A stretch of DNA of 64,000 nt from an uncultured Acidobacteriota bacterium (GTDB lineage Bacteria > Acidobacteriota > UBA6911). Shown in pieces: positions 39,686 through 49,990 of the stretch. Position 1 is the stretch's first letter. Each line of letters opens with the position of its first letter. The notes under the pieces are model-generated. The model was given only the letters and a program-made list of their open reading frames with translations. It was not told the origin of the DNA and made no database searches. Made by a program: the position numbers and the translations under genes. The stretch is from the NCBI GenBank assembly GCA_963827655.1, contig CAWHCF010000023.1:448001-512000 (forward strand). The letters are read 5' to 3'.

Positions 39686-41047
39686 ATGGGAGATCGTGCT
39701 GTGAATTCCTTACGCCGGGTGCTCGATCATTTGACTATTTTAGTGTTTCTCTGTCTCGCATCTGCTGCCGTTCCTACGGCCGGTTCAGACGATTGGCCTG
39801 AATGGCGCGGACCAGGGCGACGTGGTCTGTGGCTCGAGTCGGGCATCCTCGAGGTCTTCCCAGCGGACGGGCTGTCTATAAAATGGAGGACGCCGATCCG
39901 GGCAGGATACGCCGGACCAGCCGTCACAGGCGGGCGAGTCTTCGTCACCGATTTTTCTCCATCGCAGGGCGTGAAGGGAATCGAGCGGGTTCTCTGTCTC
40001 GATGAGAAGACTGGCCAGGTTCTTTGGACTCGCGAATGGGAGACCGACTACAGCGGGCTGGCGAGGACCTACGCCACGGGACCCCGCGCCACTCCCACGG
40101 TGGACGCCGACCGAGTTTACGTCCAGGGCGCCAAAGGGGCGCTGTTCTGCCTGAGCGTCAAGAACGGCGACGTGATATGGCAGAAAGACTATGTGAAGGA
40201 CTACGGCACGCAGGTCCCGACCTGGGGCATGACCGGGGCGCCGCTGGTTGACGGCAACCGGCTGATTTGTCTCGTAGGCGGAGCGCCCGACGCGAAAGTA
40301 ATGGCCTTCGACAAGCTCACGGGAAAGGAAATCTGGCGAGCTCTGTCTTCCGAGGACTCGGAGCCAGGTTATTGTTCGCCGGTCCTGATCGATTCCGGTG
40401 GCCTGCGCCAGCTCATAATCTGGCACCCCAAAGCGGTGAGTTCCCTGAATCCCGAGACCGGGAAGATAAACTGGGAGGAGTCTTTTCGCGTGCAGATGGG
40501 GCTCACGGTCGCGACGCCGGTTCTGAGCGGTACCCGGCTCCTGGTGTCATCGTTCTATAATGGCGCGCTGATGATGGAGGTCAATCCTCGCGCCCCGAAG
40601 GCCGCCCTCCTCTGGAAGGGGCAAAGCAGTAGCGAAATCACCACCGACGGCCTGCACTCTTTGCTTACGACGCCGGTGATTGACGGCGACTTTATATACG
40701 GAATCTGCAGCTACGGCCAGTTCCGCTGCTTGAACGCCCGCACGGGCGAGCGCGTCTGGGAGAGCCTGGACGTGACCAAGGAGAAAGCCAGGTGGGCCGC
40801 GGGTTTCATTGTGCGAAACGAAAACCGCTATTTCATCAACAACGATCGTGGAGACCTGATCATCGCGAAGCTTTCACCGGAGGGGTATCAAGAAATAAGC
40901 CGGACCAGGCTGATCGAGCCGACGTCGTCGCCGGGCAACCGGCGCGAGCTGGGCTCCGTCAACTGGTCGCACCCGGCGTATGCCAACAGGCATATCTATG
41001 CTCGTAACGACAAGGAGATAGTGGCCGCGTCATTGGAAAAGAAGTGA
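39686..41047 (+). CDS. Secreted PQQ-like beta-propeller repeat protein (BamB-like)
   Basis: DWPEWRGP, GYAGPAV, GPRATPTV, WSHPAYANRHIYARND. Confidence 0.9.
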   Translation: MGDRAVNSLRRVLDHLTILVFLCLASAAVPTAGSDDWPEWRGPGRRGLWLESGILEVFPADGLSIKWRTPIRAGYAGPAVTGGRVFVTDFSPSQGVKGIERVLCLDEKTGQVLWTREWETDYSGLARTYATGPRATPTVDADRVYVQGAKGALFCLSVKNGDVIWQKDYVKDYGTQVPTWGMTGAPLVDGNRLICLVGGAPDAKVMAFDKLTGKEIWRALSSEDSEPGYCSPVLIDSGGLRQLIIWHPKAVSSLNPETGKINWEESFRVQMGLTVATPVLSGTRLLVSSFYNGALMMEVNPRAPKAALLWKGQSSSEITTDGLHSLLTTPVIDGDFIYGICSYGQFRCLNARTGERVWESLDVTKEKARWAAGFIVRNENRYFINNDRGDLIIAKLSPEGYQEISRTRLIEPTSSPGNRRELGSVNWSHPAYANRHIYARNDKEIVAASLEKK

Positions 41048-41224
41048 TTCTTTTCTGGATTAGCTGCCTCGGGCAAAGAAGATCGCGAGTCCCAGGATTT
41101 AGGATTTAGGAACGCTCTTCCCGGCCTCAGAAGCTGTGGAAGAATTCGGTCTGTGGCGCGGGTCTGATGAGGCCGTCGCAAGTAACGTGATCCGGAGGAT
41201 TTAGCCTTAAAAAGTTCTTTTCCT

Positions 41225-41372
41225 AGTCATTAGTCATTTTTCATTATTTTTCATTTGTCATTCATGGGGCGAAGGGATTGTAACAAGGCCCGCGTAGTCT
41301 GCGAGCGCAAACCCGGCCCGCAGCACCGACTAATGACAAATGACAGATGACGAATGAGAAATGACCAATGAA
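41225..41372. repeat. Period-7 TCATT(T/A)G / AATGAC inverted tandem-repeat element
   Basis: agtcattagtcatttttcatt...tcatttgtcatt ... aatgacaaatgacagatgacgaatgagaaatgaccaatga. Confidence 0.8.
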
Positions 41373-41395
41373 AGCTTTTGTGCTACTAGGGGGCC

Positions 41396-41419
41396 GGACG
41401 GGCTTGATAGCCCGTCCGC
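41396..41419. terminator. GC hairpin between convergent genes (possible terminator or REP)
   Basis: GGACGGGC-TTGATA-GCCCGTCC; no clear U-tract. Confidence 0.35.
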
Positions 41420-41474
41420 ACATGAAGCTCGCGCACTCCAATAGGCTCTGATTACCCGGCCTGGCGCGGCAGAA

Positions 41475-41981
41475 TCAAGATAGCGCGCCCGCCAGAAACA
41501 TCGATCCGAAATGCAGGGTAAGAACCGCTTTACCCTCGAACTTCCCTTTACCGGGAGTGATGTCGATCAGCATGTGATCCGCTTTTCCCTCGGAGGAAAA
41601 CGCTGACTCGAGCTTGATCACCTTATCCATCTCGGGAGAGGCTCCTCTGGCAATGGTTCCAGGGTAGAGCCCCAGTGTCCAATCTTTGTCCCCGTTCTTG
41701 ATGGCTCCAATGACATATTCGCCGGCCGGAACGACGACCGATCCAGCCTTGATTTCGGCCGAGAGCTTCAGCCGGGGCTGGCGAGGGGTCACGAATGAGC
41801 CCACTGCAGCCTTGCCTGGGTGCATTTCATTAGCAGGGATCGTGTTGTAGGTGAGGGTTGCTTCGGCCCCGGACGGCAACTTGACGGTCAACGTCTTGTT
41901 GAAGTGGGGATGCGCAATCACGAAGGTCGCTCCGATCAGGAGCACAGCCAAGCCAGACAGAAGAATCAAGCGTTGCTTCAC
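41475..41981 (-). CDS. Secreted hypothetical protein, DUF2911-like
   Basis: AAGGAGG SD before GTG; signal peptide; VPAGEY..WTL. Confidence 0.7.
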   Translation of the reverse strand: MKQRLILLSGLAVLLIGATFVIAHPHFNKTLTVKLPSGAEATLTYNTIPANEMHPGKAAVGSFVTPRQPRLKLSAEIKAGSVVVPAGEYVIGAIKNGDKDWTLGLYPGTIARGASPEMDKVIKLESAFSSEGKADHMLIDITPGKGKFEGKAVLTLHFGSMFLAGALS

Positions 41982-42094
41982 GATGGTCCTCCTTAAATGG
42001 TTTGCGATAGAGTACACAGGTTTCTACGGCTTTGTCGAAGGATTTCCATATAAGGTCTCGCGCAGGAATACCCCAGCCCTCTACTGCCTACTGC

Positions 42095-43279
42095 TTACCA
42101 GTCGAGGGAAGCCGGCAGCGTGATCCGTTTGCCGGCGCGGCGATCTTCGATAATTATGGTTCGGCTTTCGAGCCTGACGTCATCGACTTTCGCAAACCCT
42201 TCGGGCACTCGAGTGTAAAACAGGACAAAGCTCGAGCCGATTTTGGACCTGGCAGGTAACCAGCGATAGGTAGCGGTATCGAACATCGAGTTGGTCCGGA
42301 TGACTTCGCGCCGCGGCACATCAAAGGGTTGAGTGCCGAACTCGAGTCCGCGCGCCATCTTAAGATCGGCAGGATAGTGTTCCCAGGTTTGAAGCCAGGG
42401 ATACTCCTCCCGTTTGAAAAGATAACCCAGGAGCAGTCGCTTCTCGGTGTGGAGAGCGGTTACGAAAACGAGTTTGCGCTCCGGGTCCATCAGGCACGCA
42501 GTGTGATCCAGCGAGTTCGGGTTGCCTGGCGCGGCGCGCAGATCAACCTGCTCGCCGCCAAGCGTCGGCGCCAACGGCCAGGTGAAGTCCTGGAACGAAG
42601 CCAGGCGGTGAGGTAGTGAGCCCGGTCGATTTTCGTGCGCGCGGGTCTTGCCACGTCGCGCTGACATATCGACCACGGTTTTCCCGGGCTCGAGAAAGGG
42701 AGACCCGATAGTGGCATGTTCTGCCCAGCAGACAGGCCGATCGAAAGACAGCAGGTTTTCCAGCTCGCTCTCGATATAGATGACGTTCTCGCCGTTCACG
42801 AGCCGAAGTGTGCGTGTGAAAAGTTCCTGCACCAGCGGGAGTTTTGTCGAGAGAGTGAGAGTTGCGATATTTCGGTTCTTTTCGGAAGAGCGCGTTTCCC
42901 ATGGTTGCGTGTGCGCTTCGCCGTGGCCCGGCATTCCAGCCGCCCGTTCTTCCGGCGAGACTGGGCCGAAGCCGTCTACACAGACAAAATGCCCGATCGA
43001 AAATCCGGTAGGGGGTTTGCGCCCTGCCTCGCGCGCCAGCCGGACGGGATTCCAAAGCGGACTCAGCTTTTCCGGGTCATCGCGCAGTGTCAGATGTGCG
43101 AGAGACCCGCCCTGGGCCAGCACCGTCAATTCCAGCGTCTCGTTCGACAAGACGAGGGCCGGCCGCTCTTCAAAGACGTCCTTTCTCGGAAATGCGGTCT
43201 CCTGACGCTGGGCAAGACCCGTGGTCTGAAACGAAATCAGCGCAAGGACCACAAAACGATTGCGGTTTCGTGAACTCAT
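42095..43279 (-). CDS. Secreted galactose-mutarotase/aldose-epimerase-like protein
   Basis: LSNETLELTV..GG, GHGEA, EHATIGSPFL, PWLQTW, RGLEFG. Confidence 0.7.
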   Translation of the reverse strand: MSSRNRNRFVVLALISFQTTGLAQRQETAFPRKDVFEERPALVLSNETLELTVLAQGGSLAHLTLRDDPEKLSPLWNPVRLAREAGRKPPTGFSIGHFVCVDGFGPVSPEERAAGMPGHGEAHTQPWETRSSEKNRNIATLTLSTKLPLVQELFTRTLRLVNGENVIYIESELENLLSFDRPVCWAEHATIGSPFLEPGKTVVDMSARRGKTRAHENRPGSLPHRLASFQDFTWPLAPTLGGEQVDLRAAPGNPNSLDHTACLMDPERKLVFVTALHTEKRLLLGYLFKREEYPWLQTWEHYPADLKMARGLEFGTQPFDVPRREVIRTNSMFDTATYRWLPARSKIGSSFVLFYTRVPEGFAKVDDVRLESRTIIIEDRRAGKRITLPASLDW

Positions 43280-43384
43280 ATTTGCGCATCCTCTCCGTGT
43301 GGTGTGCACCTGGCGGCAGGAAGTTCAAGTTTTGAAGCTTTGACGCTAGCTAATAAAACATGCTTTGGTTAGAATGGCGCTATT

Positions 43385-44443
43385 GTGATCGAGTGCATGC
43401 TATCCTTCCGAAGATGCGCCCGCAAGCTTTTCTCGCTAGCCTTCACCCTTCAGGTTGGGTTTTCACTCCACCCCGTCCCGGCGCTATTCGGGGCCGGCGG
43501 CGAGTCACCGGTCGAATTGCGCTGCAAGATCCTGCCCGACCGCGCAGATCGCGCGTACAAGCTTTGGAAGGTCGACCTCAGGAAAGCCACGGGCGAGCCT
43601 CTCCGCCAGGCAGTAGGAAACGCCGGCGGGACGGTGCGCTTCAAGAATCTCCAACCTGCGATTTACCTGGTCTGTCTCTCGGGCGACAAAAACCGAAGCC
43701 GCTGCCAGTCGGTCGATCTTGTGCCTCCGCCCGATCACAAAACGCCGGTTTTCGAGAAGAGCTTTGAGGTTCCGCCCCAAGTCACAAACCGCGCCGATGC
43801 GCACGGTGTGAGCGCATCGCGGTTAGGAGTGCCCGAGAAGGCACGCAAGGAGATGCTCCGGTCCGAAGAAGCCCAGCTTCGCGGCGACTCCGAGGGAGCG
43901 ATCAGACACCTGCAGCGCGCGGTTGAAATCTACTCGAAGTATACGGAAGCGCTGAACAACCTCGGGACTCATTATCATCGAGCCGGGAACTACACGCGGT
44001 CGATTGAATACTTCACGAAAGTGACCCAGCTGGATCCGCGGTTCTTTGCCGGTTGGGTAAACCTTGGGGGAAGCCTGCTTGCCGCCGGCAGGTTCGAGAG
44101 CGCCCTTGAAGCCAACAGGAAAGCCGTCGAATTGCGTCCCGATGAGGCTCTGGCAAATTCCCAGCTGGGAATGAACTATTTCTACCTGCGTAAGTTTCCG
44201 GAAGCCAAGACCTACTTCGAAAAAGTGGTGAGCCTGGATCCTTCCTCTGCCAAATCACCCCAGTTGTTTCTGGCCCACATTGCTTTCGCAGAACGACGGC
44301 CCGACGAAGCGGAACACCAGATTCGCCGGTATCTGGAATTGCATCCTAATTCCCCGCAAGCCGCCAGCCTCCGGCAAACCCTGCAAAATCTCGCGATCAC
44401 GGGCTCCCTGAAAAGCCAGGAGAATTCTCAATCGCCCCCTTGA
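43385..44443 (+). CDS. Secreted TPR-repeat protein
   Basis: VPEKARKE, EALNNLG, WVNLG, TPR helices, YLELHPNSP. Confidence 0.85.
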   Translation: MIECMLSFRRCARKLFSLAFTLQVGFSLHPVPALFGAGGESPVELRCKILPDRADRAYKLWKVDLRKATGEPLRQAVGNAGGTVRFKNLQPAIYLVCLSGDKNRSRCQSVDLVPPPDHKTPVFEKSFEVPPQVTNRADAHGVSASRLGVPEKARKEMLRSEEAQLRGDSEGAIRHLQRAVEIYSKYTEALNNLGTHYHRAGNYTRSIEYFTKVTQLDPRFFAGWVNLGGSLLAAGRFESALEANRKAVELRPDEALANSQLGMNYFYLRKFPEAKTYFEKVVSLDPSSAKSPQLFLAHIAFAERRPDEAEHQIRRYLELHPNSPQAASLRQTLQNLAITGSLKSQENSQSPP

Positions 44444-44516
44444 CGGTGTCATGCTTCGCGCTGCTTTGAAGAAAATCGACCGCGAAGCCCCGGAAGGCGC
44501 GAAGAAGCTTGAGAAC

Positions 44517-45392
44517 ATGCGAACCAGGACTTCCGCCGCAAGCTCGGTGCTCGATTCGTTGAAGAGTGAAGATCTTTTCTTCTCAGCCGAGCTGCGCCCG
44601 CCGCGGGCTAATCTTCGGGGTGCGCAAAGCATGGATGATTGGATCGACACCTATCACTCGATCCGCCGTCTGACTCTGGCGGGGAGTCACGTCTTCATCA
44701 CCGATAGCGCGGTGGGACAACCGGAAGAAGAAAACCTGCGCCATCTGGTGACCAATCTGGGCCCCGACGCGCACAGAGCCCGCATCATTCCTTTTCTGAC
44801 TTGCAAGCACCCGCTGGAGTATTGTCTGCGCTACTCCGAGAGAGCCTATGCGCATGGCTTTCATACCCTGGTGATCCTGGGGGGAGACCGGCATGAGGGT
44901 GCTCCGCGTTGCGTCGAACACGCGTATCAACTTCGCGGCATGATCCGGGAGCTGGTCCCGGAAATGGCGCTGGGGGGCTGGGCCAATCCCCACGGCAATC
45001 CTGCCGAGCAGGCGAGGTATCTGAGCGAGCACGGCAGTGATGCGGATTTCTTCCTGACTCAGGTAGTGTCCCATCACAGCGCCTCGGCGGTGGCCCGGTT
45101 CCTGGAAGAGAGCGAAAGGGGCGGGATCAAGATCCCGGGCATTTTCGGAGTCTTCTACTACCGAAGCGCGAAGCCTCGCACACTGGAGACTCTCCACCGC
45201 TTTTTTCCGGTGCCGGCGCGGGAACTGCAGGCGGAATTCGAATCAGAAAAACTTCATCCGGATGAAATTTGCGCGCGGAGCATCCGCGCTCTTCGACTTC
45301 TGGGGATCCGCCGCATCTACGTCAGCAACCTGCCGATCGCGGATGCCCCGGCGCGGCTCGCCCGGATCGCGCAGTTATCCGCAGAGTCCTAG
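44517..45392 (+). CDS. Divergent methylenetetrahydrofolate-reductase-fold flavoprotein
   Basis: ELRPP, ITD, FLTC, LGGD, ANPH, LTQ occur in MTHFR order. Confidence 0.65.
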   Translation: MRTRTSAASSVLDSLKSEDLFFSAELRPPRANLRGAQSMDDWIDTYHSIRRLTLAGSHVFITDSAVGQPEEENLRHLVTNLGPDAHRARIIPFLTCKHPLEYCLRYSERAYAHGFHTLVILGGDRHEGAPRCVEHAYQLRGMIRELVPEMALGGWANPHGNPAEQARYLSEHGSDADFFLTQVVSHHSASAVARFLEESERGGIKIPGIFGVFYYRSAKPRTLETLHRFFPVPARELQAEFESEKLHPDEICARSIRALRLLGIRRIYVSNLPIADAPARLARIAQLSAES

Positions 45393-45409
45393 GGCGCGAA
45401 GCCACAACA

Positions 45410-45446
45410 CCTGGGGTTTCTTTGCGTCTTTGAGTCTCTGGGGTGG
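45410..45446. repeat. Period-9 repeat, single arm
   Basis: cctggggtttctttgcgtctttgagtctctggggtgg. Confidence 0.65.
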
Positions 45447-45451
45447 ACGGA

Positions 45452-45887
45452 TCAATCACTCTCTGTGGAGGGCGGGCCGCGCTCCGATTTACGCCGCGAT
45501 CGCCGGCGTTTCTCGCTCCAGCCGCCGCTCGCGGCTTCCCACGCCAGGGCGCGTCGGAATGCGTTCCTTTTCCGGAATGAGAGCCCGCGCGATCCAATCC
45601 TGAACCTTGCCGCGGGCATCCTCCAGATTTCGGTGCTGGTCTCGCGTGCGCTGGCTGGTCAGAATCAGCCTTCCCGCCCGATCCAGCCTGCCGGCCACCA
45701 GGCGAAGCAGCCGGCCGCGGCTGCCGTCATCGAGTCCCTGAATTCGTGAAAGGTCCACACGCAATTCAACTTTGGATGCCACCTTATTCACGTTCTGACC
45801 GCCGGGACCGGAGGCCCGCACCGCCCGCACCTCGACGGCGTCACCGGGAACAACGACTCGATCCGTCACCACTATGGGCGCAGGCAT
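45452..45887 (-). CDS. arfB: Alternative ribosome rescue factor ArfB; basic tail shifted by an indel ~45518
   Basis: RASGPGGQNVNKVASKVEL, QRTRDQHRNLEDA; EKRRRSRRKSER tail lies in the adjacent frame. Confidence 0.9.
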
Positions 45888-45893
45888 TTCATG

Positions 45894-45925
45894 GTTCTTC
45901 GCGGCTTTGCGCCTTCGCGGCGGCC
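45894..45925. repeat. Period-9 repeat, single arm
   Basis: ttcttcgcggctttgcgccttcgcggc. Confidence 0.55.
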
Positions 45926-45949
45926 TTTGCTCTTACGCACACGACCGGG

Positions 45950-46984
45950 CTAGTCGCCGTCGATAAGGTTTCCAAACCCGCCCAGCAGGGAACCTTCATC
46001 CGTCCGAGAACGGCCGAGACCCGGCATCGCTTTGTAAATGCGATCCGCCAGGCGGCTGAGGGGGAGCGACTGCAGCCACACCTTTCCGGGGCCGACCAGT
46101 TGCGCAAAGAAGATTCCCTCTCCGCCGAACAGCGCCGTCTTCACTTTTCCGACAAACTGAATGTCATAGCTCACACTGGGCTGCAAGGCGACCAGGCATC
46201 CTGTGTCGACGCGCAGCTGCTGACCGGGACCGAGCTCGAGCGCGTGAATGGTGCCGCCAGCGTGGACGAAGCAGAGGCCATCCCCCTCCAGCTTCTGCAT
46301 AATGAAGCCTTCTCCTCCGAACAAACCTACGCCGATCTTCCTCTGAAAAGCGATTCCGATCGACACCCCGCGGGCTGCGCACAGAAAGCTGTCCTTCTGG
46401 CAGATCAAGTGCCCACCGATCTTGGAGAGATCGAGCGGGACGATCTTGCCAGCATAGGGTGCGGCAAATGCAACGTGCTGCTTACCCTGGCCCATATTGG
46501 TGAAGACCGTCATGAAAAGGCTCTCTCCCGTGATCAATCTCTTCCCGGCACCCAGCAGCTTGCTCATGAAGCCGCCGCTGGCTGAACTCTGGGAGCCATC
46601 ACCGAAAACGGTATTCATGTCGATCCCCTGGGTCATGTACATCATGGCGCCGGCTTCGGCAACCGTACTCTCTCCGGGATCCAGTTCGACCTCGACGAAC
46701 TGCAAGTCCTCGCCAAAGATTTTGAAGTCTATTTCGTGAGCAGTGCGGCCCGGGGCTTGCGGAATGACTACCGGTCCGGCGCCCTTCGAATACTCAGAAG
46801 CGAAGGCCGCAACGTTCTTGACCGGGGTCCATTCCGTCATCCCGGAGGTAAACACCAGCGTATCGGGTTGCAGACTGCCATTGCGAATATTGGTGACAAT
46901 TTCATCGGCGTTTACCGGCCCGATCTGATGACCGCCGATCGCCATATACCATTGCTGCAAGTTACTCATTGCCATGCTCCTCAT
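45950..46984 (-). CDS. GYF_2 domain plus AIM24 (TIGR00266) protein
   Basis: WY...QIGP...[10 protein letters not shown] (GYF_2); [26 protein letters not shown]. Confidence 0.92.
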   Translation of the reverse strand: MRSMAMSNLQQWYMAIGGHQIGPVNADEIVTNIRNGSLQPDTLVFTSGMTEWTPVKNVAAFASEYSKGAGPVVIPQAPGRTAHEIDFKIFGEDLQFVEVELDPGESTVAEAGAMMYMTQGIDMNTVFGDGSQSSASGGFMSKLLGAGKRLITGESLFMTVFTNMGQGKQHVAFAAPYAGKIVPLDLSKIGGHLICQKDSFLCAARGVSIGIAFQRKIGVGLFGGEGFIMQKLEGDGLCFVHAGGTIHALELGPGQQLRVDTGCLVALQPSVSYDIQFVGKVKTALFGGEGIFFAQLVGPGKVWLQSLPLSRLADRIYKAMPGLGRSRTDEGSLLGGFGNLIDGD

Positions 46985-47087
46985 AATGTGACAGCGCCGT
47001 CCCTACGGCGGCCTGGATGCGACGATATCATAGTCAATTCCGCCGCAGAATATTCGACTCGTTTTTGAGGTTCCGCCGATTTCTTAG

Positions 47088-47134
47088 GATTTCTTCGAGT
47101 CTTCGTGTCTTAGCGGAGCCGTCAGCTGTCAGTC
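47088..47134. repeat. Period-9 arm followed by short period-7 GTCAGCT tandem
   Basis: atttcttcgagtcttcgtgtcttagcgg; gccgtcagctgtcagtc. Confidence 0.6.
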
Positions 47135-47193
47135 GCAAAAAGCTGCTCGCGCATCGGCGCAGGTTTCTATAAAATAGACATAATGTCATCTTA

Positions 47194-47437
47194 GGGTTCG
47201 CGCAGAAATAGGTTCACGTTCTGCTGCCGGCCCCCAGGCCCGCTGGCGAGGCGTGAGCGACGATGCGTACCCGGGCGGTACGTGAGGAGCGAGCAACAAA
47301 GCCAGCGGGCCTGCGGGCCGCAGCCCGAAGGGGCGCGGATCCTGAGGGAGCCAGACTCGGCAGCTTGATAGAGAACACGGTTCAAGACTGCCCGCTGACT
47401 GGGGCGCCAGAATGTGAAGTTATTTCTGCGCGAGCCC
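47194..47437. mobile_element. MITE-like non-autonomous element (244 bp)
   Basis: About 30-bp imperfect TIRs gggttcgcgcagaaataggttcacgttctg / cagaatgtgaagttatttctgcgcgagccc flanked by TA on both sides; internal palindromes; no ORF of note. Confidence 0.75.
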
Positions 47438-47508
47438 TAAGGATGAACCCAGTCAAAATCGATGTCCACCGGGCGGTGCGCGGCAGGATGGAGGGGGATC
47501 AGAGAACC

Positions 47509-49435
47509 ATGGATGAAAAGAATCTTTCCAAGAAGGCGACCGAGTTGGAAGCGCGGGAAGTGGCCGAAGCGGCTCGCGAGAAGGAGTGGGTCCAGCCCAG
47601 CTTTTTACGCGACCTCTTCATGGGCCGATTCCATCTCGACCTGATTCATCCCCATCCCGAGCAGGACCCTCAGGAAGAGGCGCGCGGGTCGGAATTCCTG
47701 GATAAACTCGGCGAATTCATGCGCACACGCGTGGACAGCGATGCCATCGACCGCGAGGGAAAGATCTCGGAAGAGATCGTTGAAGATCTCCGGCAGATGG
47801 GAGCCTTTGGAATCAAGATTCCACGGGAATATGGAGGCTTGGGATTCTCCCAGCTCACGTACAACCGCGCCATGGAGCTGGTGAGCAGCCAGGATGGCTC
47901 GCTGACTGCGCTGCTCTCGGCTCACCAATCCATCGGCGTCCCTCAACCCCTCAAGCTATTTGGCACGCCCGAACAGAAGAAGAAGTATTTTCCGCGGCTG
48001 GCCCGAGGCGCGATTTCGGCATTCGCTCTCACCGAAACTCATGCGGGCTCCGATCCGGCCAACATGTCTACCTTCGCGACCCCAACCGACGACGGCCAAG
48101 GCCTTCGTTCTGAACGGAGAAAAGCTGTGGTGCACCAACGGCACGCGCGCGGAGCTTCTGGTCGTGATGGCGCGGACGCCCTCCAAGATTATCAACGGCA
48201 AGGAAAAACGGCAGATCACGGCCTTCATCGTTGAAGTGGATTGGCCCGGCGTCGAAATCGTGCGCCGGTGCCATTTCATGGGGCTCAAGGCGATCGAGAA
48301 TGGAATCATTCGCTTCACAAACGTCCGCGTCCCGCGCGAAAACATCCTGTGGAAGGAGGGGGCCGGCCTCAAACTCGCGCTGATTACGCTGAATACCGGC
48401 AGGCTCACGCTCCCTTCCAGCGCGACGGGCGCCGCCAAAGCAGCTCTGGAGATCTGTCGCCGATGGTGCAACGCCCGGATTCAGTGGGGCGTTCCCATCG
48501 GGAAGCACGAGGCCGTGGCCGAGAAGGTCGGCCGGATGGCCTCCACGACGTTCGCGATGGAAGCCATCTCGGAACTGTGCGCGTCGATGGTCGATCGCGG
48601 AGGGTACGATATCCGTCTCGAAGCGGCGATGGCCAAGCTGTTCAACTCCGAAGCGGGCTGGAACATCATCGACGATACCGTGCAGATCCGCGGCGGCAGA
48701 GGATACGAAACGGCTGCCTCCCTCGCAGCCCGCGGCGAAGAGGCCCCGCCGGTCGAAAGGATGATGCGTGATTATCGCATCAATCTCATCTTCGAAGGCT
48801 CGAGTGAGATCATGCGCCTGTTTCTCGCCCGGGAGGCGGTGGATTTCCACCTTCAACTGGCCGGAGAACTGGTTAATCCCAAGGCAACCGGCAGCGCCAA
48901 AGCCAAGGCCTTCCTCAAAGCCGGGTTGTTCTACGCCGGCTGGTATCCGCGGCTCTGGTTGGGCGCCGGGTATCTCCCCAGTTTCGGAGAGTTCGGTGTC
49001 CTTGCGCCACATCTTCGCTTCGTGGAGCGTTCCTGCCGCAAGCTGGCCCGCATGCTTTTGTATACGATGATGCGCTACGGAGCGAAGCTGGAGCGCAAGC
49101 AGATGACCCTCTTCCGATTTGTCGATGTGGGGGCCGAGCTGTTTGCCATGACCGCCTCCTGCGTTCGAGCCCGTATGCTGGTCAAGCAAGGACGAAACGG
49201 AAGCGAGGCGATGCAGCTGGCAGACCATTTCTGCCGGCTGGCGCGCCGGCGCGTGGCGGCGGGGTTTCGCTCGATGTTCCACAACGACGATGTCGCGACT
49301 TACAAGCTGGCCAGGCAAGTCCTGGAGGACAACCACGTCTGGCTGGAATCGGGTATCGTAGGGTTATCCCAGGCGCTCCACGAGGTGGGCCACACGGCTC
49401 CGGAGACCCGCGAACAGGAGCCGATTCACACGTAG
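47509..49435 (+). CDS. Acyl-CoA dehydrogenase (ACAD9/VLCAD-like); frameshift ~48100
   Basis: [47 protein letters not shown]. Confidence 0.9.
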
Positions 49436-49926
49436 GTGGTCTTCGCGCCTTCGTGTCTGTGCGGTGGTCGTTGTTGCGCCTCAGCATGCCAGTGACGAAT
49501 CTTCCAGGGGACAATCTTGATTACCGGCCGGTTCTCTAACAACATCCGGCGGTACTGAGGGTATTTTCTACGCAGCAGCTCCAGCGCCCGAACGTGCTCC
49601 TTCCCTGAGCGGAGCATCCTCGCGCGTCCTCGAACGAGAATGAACCACAACCGGTTCCAGTCTTCCTCGTAATGGTCCAGCACAAACGCGACTTCCGGGT
49701 TGCTCAGGATATTCCGGCTCCGCCTCAGCTTCTCGGGAGCCACGCTCTTGGGCTTTTCGTCCAGTGACGAATAGAAGATCTTTCCGTCGTAAACAAAACA
49801 GAACGGGATCACGACCGGCCGCCCCTTGGCGTCGACGGTCGCAAGGCGTCCGACTCGCTGTTTGCGCAAGAGCGCTTCGACGGCTTTAGGTTTGTGTCCT
49901 GTTAGCAGGGCCTGTTTTTCCGACAA
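49426..49926 (-). CDS. PPOX-class flavin/F420-binding oxidoreductase (TIGR03668-like); start uncertain
   Basis: [41 protein letters not shown]. Confidence 0.85.
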   Translation of the reverse strand: MSEKQALLTGHKPKAVEALLRKQRVGRLATVDAKGRPVVIPFCFVYDGKIFYSSLDEKPKSVAPEKLRRSRNILSNPEVAFVLDHYEEDWNRLWFILVRGRARMLRSGKEHVRALELLRRKYPQYRRMLLENRPVIKIVPWKIRHWHAEAQQRPPHRHEGAKTTYV

Positions 49927-49929
49927 GGT

Positions 49930-49972
49930 CCTTGGCGTTTCTTCGAGTCTTCGTGTCTTGGTGGTTCGTTTT
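49930..49972. repeat. Period-9 repeat, single arm
   Basis: ccttggcgtttcttcgagtcttcgtgtcttggtggtt. Confidence 0.75.
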
Positions 49973-49990
49973 TGTTCCGTCGGGCCGGCC

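Noticed and set aside
41164-41200. CTGATGAG as a hammerhead ribozyme core
   Set aside because: No stem II closing into GAAA and no compatible stems I/III were found.
47194-47437. Structured region as riboswitch or ncRNA
   Set aside because: No recognisable aptamer core. Terminal inverted repeats with TA flanks fit a MITE better.
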